Shown: one piece after another, positions 49,797 through 62,589 of the stretch
Layout: every line of letters begins with the position of its first letter
Position numbering within the stretch: position 1 is the stretch's first letter
DNA from: Octopus sinensis
Taxonomy: Eukaryota
Direction of reading: 5' to 3'
Assembly (NCBI RefSeq): GCF_006345805.1
Contig: NC_043009.1
Coordinates: 7,192,001 to 7,256,000 of the forward strand
Length of the DNA: 64,000 bases
Program-made: the position numbers and the translations under genes
Notes under the pieces: model-generated
The model's database searches: none
Told to the model about the DNA's origin: nothing
Seen by the model: only the letters and a program-made list of their open reading frames with translations

Positions 49797-50767
49797 TCCT
49801 GCTGTTGTTGCGGTTGCTGATGACGATGATGATGATGACGACGACTGCCATCGTGATCACTAGAAGATGAATAACAGCAGCAACAACAACAACATGAAGC
49901 TGATGATGATGATGGTGGTGGTGCTGATAATATTATTTAAATATAGGGTAAACCTGTTCGAAAAAAAAAAACAATGATCGAAATATCCGAATATGACCAC
50001 ACCATCTTTGTATAAAATTATCTATGAGTTCATTAAATAATATGTTCTAAAATATTTGGATGTGCCTCAATCAGATTCGTGAATAGTAGTCAATCGATCT
50101 TTCATTTCTCTGACATGCTCTACATTGAGAATCTTATTGTTAAGAACGTTGGCCACCGAGAGAGATTCTTTCACGTTTCGTATTTATCCGAAACGCAACG
50201 TGTATGCATAATGTACATTTGCTGTTGGCGTACTTCAAGGCAAGATGTCTAGTCAATAGATTTAAAATGCCTATTTGTATTTAATTCGTTCCTAGTTTTA
50301 ATAGTTTGACTATTGAGTGCCACTATCTGTATAATTTTCTATATTTTCTATATTCGTGGCCATATTTTTGTCAGTGACTAAAACAGAAAATTAAGTTTCT
50401 CCCAAAAATAGTTCATTAACATAATTATTTTCTTTTGCTAACTTCTATAGGCGAGAGACTCCAAATATTACGTAGTTCTCAAAATTTTTATGCAAAACTC
50501 ACTTCTTATAATTTTGTTTAATTTTTACTATTCCGGAGTAAATTGTAAACATACTTTGCATTAATCCACAGTAAATAACAAAAGTCATTTCAAATTTTCG
50601 AACAAGGCCTGTAATTTTCAGGAGTGGGGACAAGTCTTCTATATCGTCCCCAGAACTGGACTTGTACAATATTTTATGAACCACCTCGGCGAAATTTGAA
50701 CTCAGAGTATAAAGAACCGAAAGAAATGATGCTAACTATTTTATCCAAAGCACTAAGATTTGCCAGA

Positions 50768-51148
50768 TCTATTATATAAAATCCGTTCTGTCTGTCTGTG
50801 TGTGTGTCTTCTAGGATATCGGGTATCCTCCATCCGATTGCGCTCTAATTTGATATGTAGATACCGACGGTATCAGGGCGTGTATAGGTCTTGAAAAGAT
50901 TACAAAAATCGATTCCAGATGAGAATGCGATCGATAAAGCCGTAGGAACGTACATTTGTAAAATCACTTTTCTTAGAATAGAAAAAAAGTCCATCTTTAT
51001 TTCTTCTTTTGCTGGTGTCTCAAATTTAGGTTAAATCAGTGTTTCTCAAAGGGGAGGCCTATGGGACGGTCGGACAAGTTGTTTTGAGAAAATTTGGTTT
51101 AAATGTTTGACGACTCAGCACCGTCCATTGGACGGGGGTGGGCTTTTG
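50768..51148 (+). mobile_element. Possible non-autonomous Helitron-like element
   Basis: 5' a|TCtattatataaaat..ctgtctgtctg. 3' hairpin ccgtcca-t-tggacgg about 12 nt before tttgg|t (imperfect CTRR). Confidence 0.5.
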
Positions 51149-51180
51149 GTCGTAAATAATAATAACAAAAATATTATTAT

Positions 51181-51530
51181 ATGAAAACTCACAACTTATT
51201 TTCCTGGGTATGATGGAAAGTGTCATCTGCCCACAGCCAGCAGACTAAGGTGGCACCTGTTTACTGGTCATGTTTCAAGAACGCTGCAAAGAATTCTTGC
51301 AGTTCCAAGCAATGTCGATTTTTATAGGTGTTTCTACCTTCACACATGCACCTGTCTTTTTTCACCCATGCTGGTAGTTGAGTGCTGATACTTCAAAGTG
51401 CACCAATTACTATTCCTATCACATCTACTCTCTTCAGTGACCACAAGCTTCGTATTTCCCACTTCAGATTGTCATAGTTGTTTTTTTTCTTCTTTTTTCA
51501 CATTGATCCTGTAGTCACCTGGTCATGCGG
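51181..51530 (-). pseudogene. R4/Dong-like RLE 3' fragment (family 2)
   Basis: YDNLKWEIRSLWSLKRVDVIGIVIGAL...LLGTARIL. 3' UTR matches 33160-33250. Flanked by ATT/ATC repeats. Confidence 0.8.
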
Positions 51531-51542
51531 ATTATTATCTTC

Positions 51543-51574
<32 letters not shown>

Positions 51575-51633
51575 CATTATCAGTATTATTCTTATTATCA
51601 TTATTACTATTATTATTATTATTATTATTATCA

Positions 51634-51686
<53 letters not shown>
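51530..51686. repeat. (ATC)/(ATT)n tract (left flank of the LINE)
   Basis: Directly visible. Confidence 0.95.
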
Positions 51687-51687
<1 letters not shown>

Positions 51688-53282
51688 TATGTTTGACTTT
51701 TGCTTTATATTTGTACAAGTTGGCTCCAAGTCTCACCCAGAGACCTCAAGAGACAACAGGGTTGGAAGTTCATGTTGTTGTTATGCCTAGTGTGCCATAT
51801 ATTTGGGGGGTGGAGATGTTGTACTAATGAATGTCTAAAAAAAAAAAAAAGGTTTTTTTTTTTTTTTTTTTTTAAACCGAAAATTATGATTGTTTTAAAC
51901 CTTGAGGTTACATAGAGAGTATTTTGCGTAGGATATGAGCAGTTCCCATGAGCACTATCTTTTGAACTTCTGCCATTTTTGGGTTTCCTGGTATCTGAGT
52001 TAGGTAGCTATCAGCCCCTTTTGCTATCATTCCCAGGGCACCTATGACAACAGGTATTGTTTTAGTCTTCAGCTTCCACATTTTGCTGATTTCTATTTCA
52101 AGATCTTTATATTGCTCAGTTTTTGGTAGGTCCTGACAGATACGTTTATATCGATTGGGACAGTCATATCAATGAGGAGGCATGTTCTTTGTTTGAAGTC
52201 TTTCAATATGATGTCTGGCCTATTTGCATCTATCTTCCTGTCAGTTTGAATGGTGAAGTTCCAGAGGAGTGAGATGTGGTCATTTTCAAGCACTGGGGGT
52301 GGTTTGTGTTCCCACCAGTTTTTTTCATGGGGCAAATCCAGGTTTTTACAGATTACCCAGTGAATATATTGTGCAGCTCTATCGTGCCTGTTGAGATACT
52401 CTGTAGGCGCTAGAAGACTGCACTTGGAGACCACATGGTCAATGGTTTCATTTTGTTGCTTGCATACACGACACGTTGGACTGCTTCTGATCTTTAATAT
52501 GTTGGCCTGGTAGTTTTTTGTTGGTAGGCATTGATCTTGAGCTGCTATGATAAACCCCTCTGTTTCAGATTTTAAGCCAGAGGCATTAGCCATTGATGGG
52601 TCAGGGCTTTGTCGATATCTGCATTATTCGCTCTCTTTGGGTATTTGCCATAGAGAGGTTTTTCTTGCCATTTATTATTCAGAATATCTAAGGCCGCAGT
52701 TTTGGCACGGGTTTTCATGCGCCTAGCTTTTCTCTGTGCTTGTTTCTTGTATGTCTATCTCTAATTCCGAAATTGGTTGTATTCGGAATTCACTTAGATA
52801 TTCCTTTGCCTGTTTTGTGACTGAGTATGATGCTTTCTTGTTTTCATGTTTTGAGACAAGTTTTAACATCCAGTCCTCAGAGTTTTTCAGGTAGGTGTCT
52901 AGGCCAATTGTAGCAATCTTCATTGTTATTGCCAGTTGCAAAAGACCACGGCCTCCCTCTTTTCTTGGCAGATAGAGTCGTTCTGTATCTGCCTTAGGGT
53001 GGTGCATTCTATGCATTGTCAACAGTTTCCTTATTTTTCTGTCGAGCTGACATATTTCAGTAATTGACCAGTTAATAATATTGAAACTGTAAGTCACGAC
53101 TGGTATAGCTAATGCATTGATTGCTTCGATCCTGTTTCTTGCATTCAGCTCTGTCTTGAATATTGCTCTCACTCTTCGATAGCATTCTCTCCTGATCCTT
53201 TCCTTCATCTCTGAATGCCTTATTCCGTTCCCTTCAATTACCCCTAGGTACTTGTAGCTCTCCGCTGGGTCTAGTTTTATCA
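51686..53282 (-). mobile_element. Young 5'-truncated R4/Dong-like RLE LINE (family 1) inside (TAA)n
   Basis: YKYLG (RT domain 7); HPKADTERLYLPRKEGGRGL; WQEKPLYG; AAQDQ; CRVC..ETIDHVVSKC (CCHC); RHD; RPDI..IDM.VP; KLSKYKDL; VIGALG; GTAHILRKILSM* (stop at about 51908). About 3 single-base frameshifts; 3' UTR about 220 bp; (ATT)n on both sides. Confidence 0.95.
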
Positions 53283-53301
53283 TTATTATTATTATTATTA
53301 C

Positions 53302-53368
<67 letters not shown>
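53281..53368. repeat. (ATT)n (right flank of the LINE)
   Basis: Directly visible. Confidence 0.96.
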
Positions 53369-53370
<2 letters not shown>

Positions 53371-53469
53371 GACGTCGCACAGTATACAATATCGTGAAGT
53401 TGTTGAGTGAAGATATTGAAGATACCGTGGGATTTATTGTTTGGCAAGTCACAAAGGCATCAGACTATT

Positions 53470-53592
53470 CTTCTTCCTCTTCTTCTACTACCTCTTCATC
53501 ATCATTACCTTCTTCTTCTTCTTCTTCTTCTTCTTCTTCTTCTTCTTCTTCTTCTTCTTCTTCTTCTTCTTCTTCTTCTTCTTCTTCTTCTT

Positions 53593-53631
<39 letters not shown>

Positions 53632-53647
53632 ATAATAATAATAATAA

Positions 53648-53686
<39 letters not shown>
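53470..53686. repeat. (CTT)n followed by (ATT)/(AAT)n
   Basis: Directly visible. Confidence 0.96.
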
Positions 53687-53894
53687 GCAGAATCATCAGC
53701 ACGCCGGGCGAAATGCATATCGGTGTTTCGTCTGCAGTTACGTTGTGAGTTCAAATTCCATCGAAGTCGACTTTGCCTTTCATCCTTTCGGGGTCGATAA
53801 ATTAAGTACCAATCAATTACTGGGGTCGATGTGATCGATTGTCCACCCACTCCACAAAAATGCAGGCCTTGTGCATATAGTAGAAAGGATTATT
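53687..53894 (+). mobile_element. SINE-A (short tail)
   Basis: gcagaatcatcagcacgccgggcgaaatgc...gtcgactttgcc...tgcaggccttgtgcatatagtagaaagg. Confidence 0.85.
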
Positions 53895-54260
53895 GTTAAT
53901 TTCGCTTATCACAGGTTTTGTTGTAGCTCCTGGAGTCTTGCATGCGTAGCGGGCTTACAACCTGCAGCCTACGGTACCATGCTATTCTTTCTTTTTAGCT
54001 ATCTAATACTTTCCTTATTATTCTGGCCATGCCAAGGAGGCAAACCTTTTCTAACAGTTCTACTGGTCACTCTCTTCCAATTTCCTTTATATTCCTCTTG
54101 ATGCCATCTGATACTGTTCCCAACGACCCAAAAATAATTGGCACTATCTTCACCTTCTTCATAGCCGGGCTCGAGGGTTGTATCTAAGTATCTTTTTGTT
54201 TTCCTTTTTGACTAGTCGTGGGTCAAATGGGCATGCAACATCAACCATTTAGAATATATG
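53895..54260 (-). pseudogene. R4/Dong-like RLE 3' fragment (family 3) between 35-bp direct repeats
   Basis: VDVACPFDPR..KKENKKI.RY...MKKVKIVPIIFGSLGTVSDGIKRNIKEIG...ELLEKVCLLGMARIIRKVLDS*. Confidence 0.82.
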
Positions 54261-54289
54261 ATGCAGGCCTTGTGCCTATAGTAGAAAGG

Positions 54290-54329
<40 letters not shown>

Positions 54330-54330
<1 letters not shown>

Positions 54331-54870
54331 ATCATCTCCAGTGCCCGACAATTTATGACGTGTGGGTTTATGTCGAGCACTCACAGTCGCGTTTCGCATG
54401 AAACCAGCGATCAACCGCTCCTTTTCTTTAGTCGGGAAGGCCGGGAAATTTTCATCCGCCCGGTGGCCATGGCGAAAGACGTTGTGTGGTGGGCAAGACA
54501 GAAAGGACTGAAGACGGGAACTGTTCTCTCTGGCGAATCTCTGATCAACTTTTTTCCACTTGAAGAAGTGGATCAGAGTGGAGAGGGAGGTGCTCCCTTC
54601 TATAAGGTAGGTGGGAATGTCCGTGTGATCGGGCCTGTTCTCAGTATACGGTTCTTAGTGGAGTGAGTGAGAGAGGAAGTACTTGATTAAGTTTTCAGGG
54701 AAACTGTGGTTTTCTGTGGGGGTTGCATGGTTTTTCCATCAAGGAATTATATTTGTTTCATTTTATAGTTCACTTTTTGTTGTTGTTGTTTTCTGTTACC
54801 ATGGAGCGCACCCCCTCCTTTACATCTTTGTATTTGCGTCCGTGTGCTCTCTGTAGGCCCATTTATCCAA
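54330..54870 (+). mobile_element. L1/Tx1-like LINE 3' fragment
   Basis: H.QCPTIYDVWVYVEH (zf-RVT-like), FSREGR...AMAKDVVWWARQKGLKTG..LSGESLINFF...IRVEREVL, then a T-rich UTR running into the gap. Assignment from recalled similarity. Confidence 0.6.
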
Positions 54871-54970
54871 NNNNNNNNNNNNNNNNNNNNNNNNNNNNNN
54901 NNNNNNNNNNNNNNNNNNNNNNNNNNNNNNNNNNNNNNNNNNNNNNNNNNNNNNNNNNNNNNNNNNNNNN
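54871..54970. other. Assembly gap (100 N)
   Basis: Directly visible. Confidence 1.
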
Positions 54971-55209
54971 AGTTTTAACTGTTGTTATCTCTTTTGAGAT
55001 TCTGGTGGAGAACTGACACATCAACGTCCATGTTGTGATTCAAGAGAAGAATTCACAGTAGAAGTTTCCAATTACTTTCTTATCACACTGCATGAAACAT
55101 TCTTACAGTAAGTGACAAAAGCCTTTACGTGGTCGAGTAATCGGCTAGAAATAGCAGCCAAAACGCTATCGCCTTCAAGAAAAGTATAACTTTCCATAGA
55201 AAACACTAA

Positions 55210-55625
55210 AATATGAGCAGAAATGGCTGTGGGGTAAGAAGCTTGCTTCAGTCCCATTCCGTTCCACCTTGGGCAAGTGTCTTCTCCGATAACAACGGGC
55301 CGACTTAAGCCCCGTGGGTGGATTTTTTAGACGCAAACTGGAAGATGTTCGTTCTACATCTATTTGTCTGTTTGTGTGTGTGTATGTGTGTGTGTGTGTG
55401 TGTGGTGTGTGTGTGGTGTGTGTGTGTGTGCATGCGTGTGTTTGAGACTATGTCTCTCCGCACAGCACGGCTTGACAAACGGTGTTGGTGAGTTTAAATC
55501 TCCGTAACTTAACGGTTCGGTAAAAGGGACCAACAGAATAAGTACCGGGACTATTAAGGACTAAAAATTCTTCCAGGCTGTGCCCCACCATGGGCGCACT
55601 CTAATGAAACAAGTAGAAGATAGCC
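55210..55625 (+). mobile_element. SINE-B with internal (TG)n
   Basis: tggctgtggggtaagaagcttgc...ccttgggcaagtgtcttctcc...taacttaacggttcgg...gaaacaagtagaaga. Confidence 0.8.
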
Positions 55626-55954
55626 AAATCTTGCCTGAATTCAAAATAAAAATGGTCGCCGCTTGGATGCTTTTGAGGGGAGATCACTTAGTTAGGGGTT
55701 GAAAAGGAGCCAAACAATAAGAAAAAATGACGACAATAACCCCTTCCATAAATTTATAATACACTGAAGCCTATTTCGAAATTACAGCTAAATATCGTGG
55801 ACAACGTATCTGGATACAAAACGAGGGTTTACAGCTTTAAACGTAGGTCCCCTAATTCGGATATGATCTGAAGCTAAAGAACTTCAATAACATCAGCAAT
55901 GAAATATTTTTTACATTCATAACATGGTAAGATCTATTTCGGAACTGCAGTTAA

Positions 55955-56725
<771 letters not shown>

Positions 56726-56919
56726 GAATGCGATGAACACAAACACAACTTGTCATTCTGTGAGGTAGAATGTCTGAAACTTCTGGATGTGAGCTAAACA
56801 ACAAAACATCGATAAAAAAAACAAAAAAACTTTGCGATCTAGTGCTGGAATTGATTGTATCTACTGCACCATTCTCTCCAAACTGCTGGCATTCTGGCTA
56901 AATAAGAATCAATATGGAT

Positions 56920-57560
56920 TTCAAAATTTTGGCACAACACCGCCAAGTTCGGCTGAGAGGTAAATCGATACATCGATCCCAGTGATCAACTGGTACTTAT
57001 TTCATCAACCGTGTAGGCACGAAAGGCAAAGCTGACCTCGCCCCGGCATTGTAGCTCAGACGGACCAAATGTGTGTGCTAACGATTGTGCCAGCTCGCTA
57101 CCTTAACACTGATATTAATATTTTATATTAGTTTTAAGGTGGTGAGCTGGCCGAATCGTTGGTGCGCTGACCAAACTGCTTCTCGACATTTCGTCCGTCT
57201 TTACGTTCTGATTTCAAATCTCTCCGAAGTCGATTTACATTTCATTCCTTAGGGGTCGATTACATTAATTCGAGTAGAAAACTGGGCTCAAAGTAATTTG
57301 CGTATCCTCTCCCTGAAATTGCTGATCTGCCAAAATTTTAAACTAATATTAATTTCTGTATGTGATTGGCAGAAACGTCAGAGAGTTTTGAGTTCAAATT
57401 CCGCCGAGGTCGATTTTGCCTTTCATCCTTTCGGGGTCGATAAATTAAGTACTAATTACGCACTGGGGCCGATGTACTCGACTTAATCCCTTTGTCTGTC
57501 CCTGTTTGTCCCCTCTGTGTTTAGCCCCTTGTGGGCAATAAAGAAATAAGAAACGTTAGA
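56920..57560. mobile_element. Cluster of three SINE-A copies (-, +, +)
   Basis: Bodies at about 56960-57100 (-), 57140-57340 (+) and 57365-57552 (+, long tail ending gggcaataaagaaataagaa). Confidence 0.78.
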
Positions 57561-57711
57561 GAGTCGAACAAAATGCAGTAACTTTATTTCTTACTGCTCA
57601 TTAACTTCTGGCTTTCAATCTCACCAAAACCCTCGTAACTTTCATCGGTCTTCAGTGTACAAATCAAATGCTTTCTCACCCAAGTTTTCTTGTTTTGTAT
57701 TATATTAATTT

Positions 57712-57937
57712 CAAGAGGCGTAGCTATGTGGTAAGAAGTTTCCATCCCAACTCAATGGTTTCCAACCACATGGTTCCGGATTCAGTCCCACTGTGTGGCA
57801 CCTTGGGCAAGTATCTTCTACTATAGCCCCGTTTTGACCAAAGCATTATGAATGTATCTGATAGACGGGAACTGAAACAAAACCGTTGTGTATATATATA
57901 TATATATGTATGTATATATGTAAGAATGTATGTACAT

Positions 57938-58011
<74 letters not shown>

Positions 58012-58190
58012 ATATATATCTGTGTTCGATCCTGACCATCGCTTGATGAACGGCGTTGGTGTGTTTACGTCTCCGTAAATTAGAGGTTCGGTAAAGGAAA
58101 CCGATGGAATAAATACCTGACTTTAAAAAAAAGACATTAAGAAGTACTGGGTTCGATACTCTCCACTGAAACTTTTCATAACAGGACCCG
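57712..58190 (+). mobile_element. SINE-B with internal (TA)/(CA)/(TG)
   Basis: gaggcgtagctatgtggtaag...ggattcagtcccactgtgtggcaccttgggcaag...tagaggttcggtaaagg. Confidence 0.8.
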
Positions 58191-58270
58191 TGTATCAATT
58201 TCAGATATCACTGTAGATTAAATATGAAAGCAGTGTGTTGGTAGACACGTCGAACGACCGATTATACATA

Positions 58271-58461
58271 AAGGCTGGCCCAAAAGTAGGCTTACAGTTA
58301 TCACGTAGGTACTTTAAATTTCTTTTAAAACATTTAATTACATTTTAATTCATATCTTACAAACTGAAGAGGGAGCTTGTTAAAATTATCTAAATTAGCA
58401 TAGAATAATAGTTTTATATTTTTTAGCTGACTAACTGTAAACCTGCTTTTGGGCCACGCTG
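58271..58461. mobile_element. Tc1/mariner-type MITE (191 bp)
   Basis: ta|aaggctggcccaaaagtaggcttacagtt ... aactgtaaacctgcttttgggccacgctg|ta: TIR of about 29 bp with TA TSD. Confidence 0.78.
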
Positions 58462-59099
58462 TATAATCGGTATTTAGTTACCTCCCCTTGTGTTATGCCT
58501 ATATATCTATATCTCTGGAGTCGACTTGGCTTTCATTGTTCGATAGTCAATAGGAGTAACAGTCAAGTACTGTAAACTATTAAACAAACACACCTCCCCT
58601 ACCCAAAATATGCAGTCTTGTGTCAAAGAAATCAATATAATTTGAGATAGATCTATATATCTATAACAATGCATCTAAATATAAATATAGCTATTTCATG
58701 CACCTATTCACCTCCTTGCACGTATCTCCCACTCTCTCGCTCTCTCTCTCTGTCTGACTCCCTCTCTCATACTCACTCTCCCCTCTATGTTCCTCCCTTT
58801 CTCATTCCACCTCTTTCTTTGTCTTCCTCTCTGTTTCCGTATGTCTGTCTATCTGTATTTCTCTATGTCTCTGTCTTTCATCGTCAGTTCTTTATCTTTC
58901 TCCTTCTCCTTTCTTTTTCCTCTTGCGCTTTCCCTCTTTCCCTTCTCTCTGTCTCTCTGTTTCTCTTTCTCTCTCTTTCTCTCTCTTTCTCCGGTCGTGT
59001 TTTCAGATATAACTGTTGAATATATAAACACATAACTGATTTCGTGCGAACAGGATATGTAACTATACCAGGCATTCTCCCCTCTCTCTCTCGCCCTCA

Positions 59100-59130
59100 C
59101 TATCAATCTATCTATCTATCTATCTATCTA

Positions 59131-59165
<35 letters not shown>

Positions 59166-59211
59166 GTATCTACCTATCTATCTATCTATTCATCCATCCA
59201 TTTATCCATCC

Positions 59212-59267
<56 letters not shown>

Positions 59268-59277
59268 CTATATATAA
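59100..59277. repeat. (TATC)n
   Basis: Directly visible. Confidence 0.95.
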
Positions 59278-59530
59278 AGTTAATCCAAACATGAAAACAC
59301 GAAGATAAAACACAACAACGCGAGGACGTGGAACAAATGTAGTGTTATTGGACGCTCGTTCATCGTTGACGATTTTTTTCTCTCTGTCTTCCTTTTCTAT
59401 TAGACTTTCCTCTGTTTCCTGTTTCTGAAGAAGAGCGTCTGCTCGAAACGTAAAACCACCTTTCTCTCCTTCCCTGAGCGTCTGCTAATACTTTACATGT
59501 CCCAAGTCCTTGCATTGTTGTTTTCTTTTC
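59278..59530 (+). mobile_element. Penelope-like repeat: inverted partial copy plus forward copy with hammerhead
   Basis: 59278-59357 is the reverse complement of the repeat's 3' part, followed by a forward copy. Confidence 0.8.
59421..59456 (+). ncRNA. Minimal type-I hammerhead ribozyme motif, intact core
   Basis: GTTT-CTGAAGA-A-GAGC(gtct)GCTC-GAAA-CG-TA^AAAC: 4-bp stem I, 4-bp stem II, palindromic ACGT stem III. Confidence 0.72.
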
Positions 59531-59540
59531 TGTTCTTCGC

Positions 59541-59585
<45 letters not shown>

Positions 59586-59829
59586 GCATGATTTTATACA
59601 CATACATATGTACACACACACACGCACGCACAAACACAAACATATATTAAATGATGTAAGGAGGAAATACTTTCATTCAAAATTTTGAGTTTCTGTGTCA
59701 ACAATTCAACGATCGTTGCACGTCATCAACTTATGCTCGTCCTGTGCACATTAGCAACATCAATGAAAGCCAAAGTATAAAATAAAACTAAAAAGAAAAT
59801 GTGTATGTATGAGTGCGCACGTATATTCA

Positions 59830-59833
59830 TCTC

Positions 59834-59872
<39 letters not shown>

Positions 59873-60005
59873 ATCTATCTCTCTATATATTTTTCTCTCT
59901 ATCTATTGATCTATCTATCTAACTATCTATCTATATATTTTTCTCTCTATCGATTTATCTATCTATCTATCTATCTATATATATATTTTTGTTCTCTCTA
60001 TCTAT

Positions 60006-60046
<41 letters not shown>

Positions 60047-60060
60047 CATCTGTCCGTCTG

Positions 60061-60106
<46 letters not shown>

Positions 60107-60115
60107 CGTCTAACT
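59830..60115. repeat. (TCTG)/(TC)/(TATC)n compound microsatellite
   Basis: Directly visible. Confidence 0.93.
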
Positions 60116-60589
60116 GTATCTCTATACATGCGTGCGTGTGGGGGCATGTATGCACGTGCGAGTATGATTCCCTCATACACATTCACTTTCATTCTCACTC
60201 CTTCTTTGTATATATACATATACACACATATATACACAACAACGCCTGCGCATACATTCGCACACATAATTATGCATACAAATAAGTATAGACGGAGAAA
60301 ATGTATATATGTATATACGTGTATATGTACTTGTATATCTGGTATGCCTGCGTGACTGTAACTATATAAATGAGTATAGATACACGCATAAATGTGCATA
60401 TACATATACATATATACTCGCGTACAGACCTATATACACACAAACGTAGGAAAAGACATCAGGCAGGTGAAGTCCTTTTTGCCTTGTATCACTGTAAATA
60501 GATTCATACACAGAACAGAGTAGTGTGAAGTAACTATGCGAGAACTACGAATTCCCTAGCTCAATATTCACATATATTTCCACATATAC

Positions 60590-60605
60590 ATACATGCATA
60601 TGTTC

Positions 60606-60659
<54 letters not shown>

Positions 60660-60689
60660 GCACATACACATGTATACGCGCATATATTA

Positions 60690-60755
<66 letters not shown>

Positions 60756-61023
60756 ATGTATGTATATGTATATGTGCATGTATGTATGTATGCATGCATT
60801 TTATCAGTATCTGATCATGTGTTGTAATATTTTTAGTAAGAATCGAAACTAAAATACTGCCAACATTTCTGAAGATATCTTAAGAAGAAAACAAAAATCG
60901 ATAGAGCACATGAACAGCTTAGATTTCGTTAACAATAACCCGAAGACATTATGAAGATTTTCAATCGTGTAACATAATAATAATAGTAATAATGAGAATA
61001 ATAATAATAATGATAATAATAAC

Positions 61024-61061
<38 letters not shown>

Positions 61062-61373
61062 TAATAATAATAATAATAATAGTGATAATAATGAATAACA
61101 ACAACGATAATCAGAAGGATAATAATTATAATAACAACAATAATAATGCTGCATTTTGAGAAGAAAAATGGAAAAAATAAAGAAAGTTAAAAATATCTAC
61201 GTGTATTTCCTAACAGCCCGGAGAGTAATTTCTAACAAATAAACTCAGGTAGAAAAATCTAGAAATATTTTTGAATTTATATGAATACCATAAAATTTGT
61301 ATTAGAAAGTAGAAAACAACGAGAACAAATAAATACATACATGTATACATGAATACGTGCAGGCACACGCACA

Positions 61374-61419
<46 letters not shown>

Positions 61420-61427
61420 TACATACA

Positions 61428-61495
<68 letters not shown>
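60590..61495. repeat. (TA)n, (AAT)n and (CA)/(CATA)/(TA)n tracts
   Basis: Tracts at about 60590-60795, 60975-61150 and 61360-61492. Confidence 0.9.
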
Positions 61496-61496
<1 letters not shown>

Positions 61497-62589
61497 ACGT
61501 CACAATCTCAAAGCATACCAACAGCAACAACAACAGAAGCAACAGCGATGATGTTGGTAGTGATGTGGTGATGGTGATCGCGAGATGATGATGATGATGA
61601 TGATGATGATGAAGCAGAAGATCACTGAATATTTGTGTAAAAAGATAGAGAGATAACTAGATTATATTTACGTTTAGCCCAACTGAAGATTTAACTGTGT
61701 TTGGTTTTAAATACATCTGGACGCATTTGGCTAGAAATAGAAACGAAATATAGCTGATGTCAAATGTTAATTCATTTTTAAAAACTTGGATTACAGTCGT
61801 TAACAAAGACCTGTGTACACGAAATCTGCCTGATGGTCATGGAAGAACTTCCTTTGACAAAACAGCAACATTATAAACGAGCCAGCGAAAGAGTCATTGG
61901 GCGACGGCCCCGAAATATTGTCCACTAAAACAAAAGAATGCATCTTACAATGAACTTAGAACAAGTCATGCCGACATATATTTAGTAAATTCTTTTATCT
62001 ATTTTTTTTCCTCTGAATATTGGCCAACTATCCATGAAGCATATTAACGCACGTTCCTTATTTTTCAGTGTACGAAAACTATAACGTAATGTTTTAATTG
62101 TTTTTCTTACTTTTCATGGTATACATCTTGCCAAGTCCAGATACATTCACGGACGCAATACTGTCGGCAGATTTATTGATTGGAGAAATATGCAGAGAAA
62201 TCGACCAGAAGACGATATATTAAAATGGCTTGGCTCTTTGCCCAGTCAGATAAGGAGATAATGCAAACCGTTCAGATCTAAACATAAAAAAATAGTAACT
62301 GGAACAAACGATAATATATGCACTCAGAGAGACGGCTCGGTTCATTCACCCCAAAACAGTAACCGGTAAGATTTGGATAAATTGTCAAAAAACAAAACAT
62401 CTTCAACTTGGAAACAATCAGGATGTAGGGCAGGAAAACGAAGGAAGTACTAATTAGAAGTGAAGAACTAACGCTTGGCGAAGAGTATAAACAAATATGT
62501 AGATACTATTGATTTCATATTTTAGCACAAGGCCGGCAATTTCGGAGGAAGGGATTCCATTACATCGACCTCTGTGGTCAAGTGGTACT

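Noticed and set aside
52093-53283. Host gene from the 166-aa and 186-aa ORFs
   Set aside because: They are frameshifted pieces of one 5'-truncated retrotransposon ORF.
54723-55016. ORF spanning an X-run
   Set aside because: It crosses the 100-N assembly gap.
61790-62400. Unique-looking DNA with short open frames and splice-like sites
   Set aside because: Frames end in stops within about 45 codons and match nothing I recognise; needs RNA-seq.
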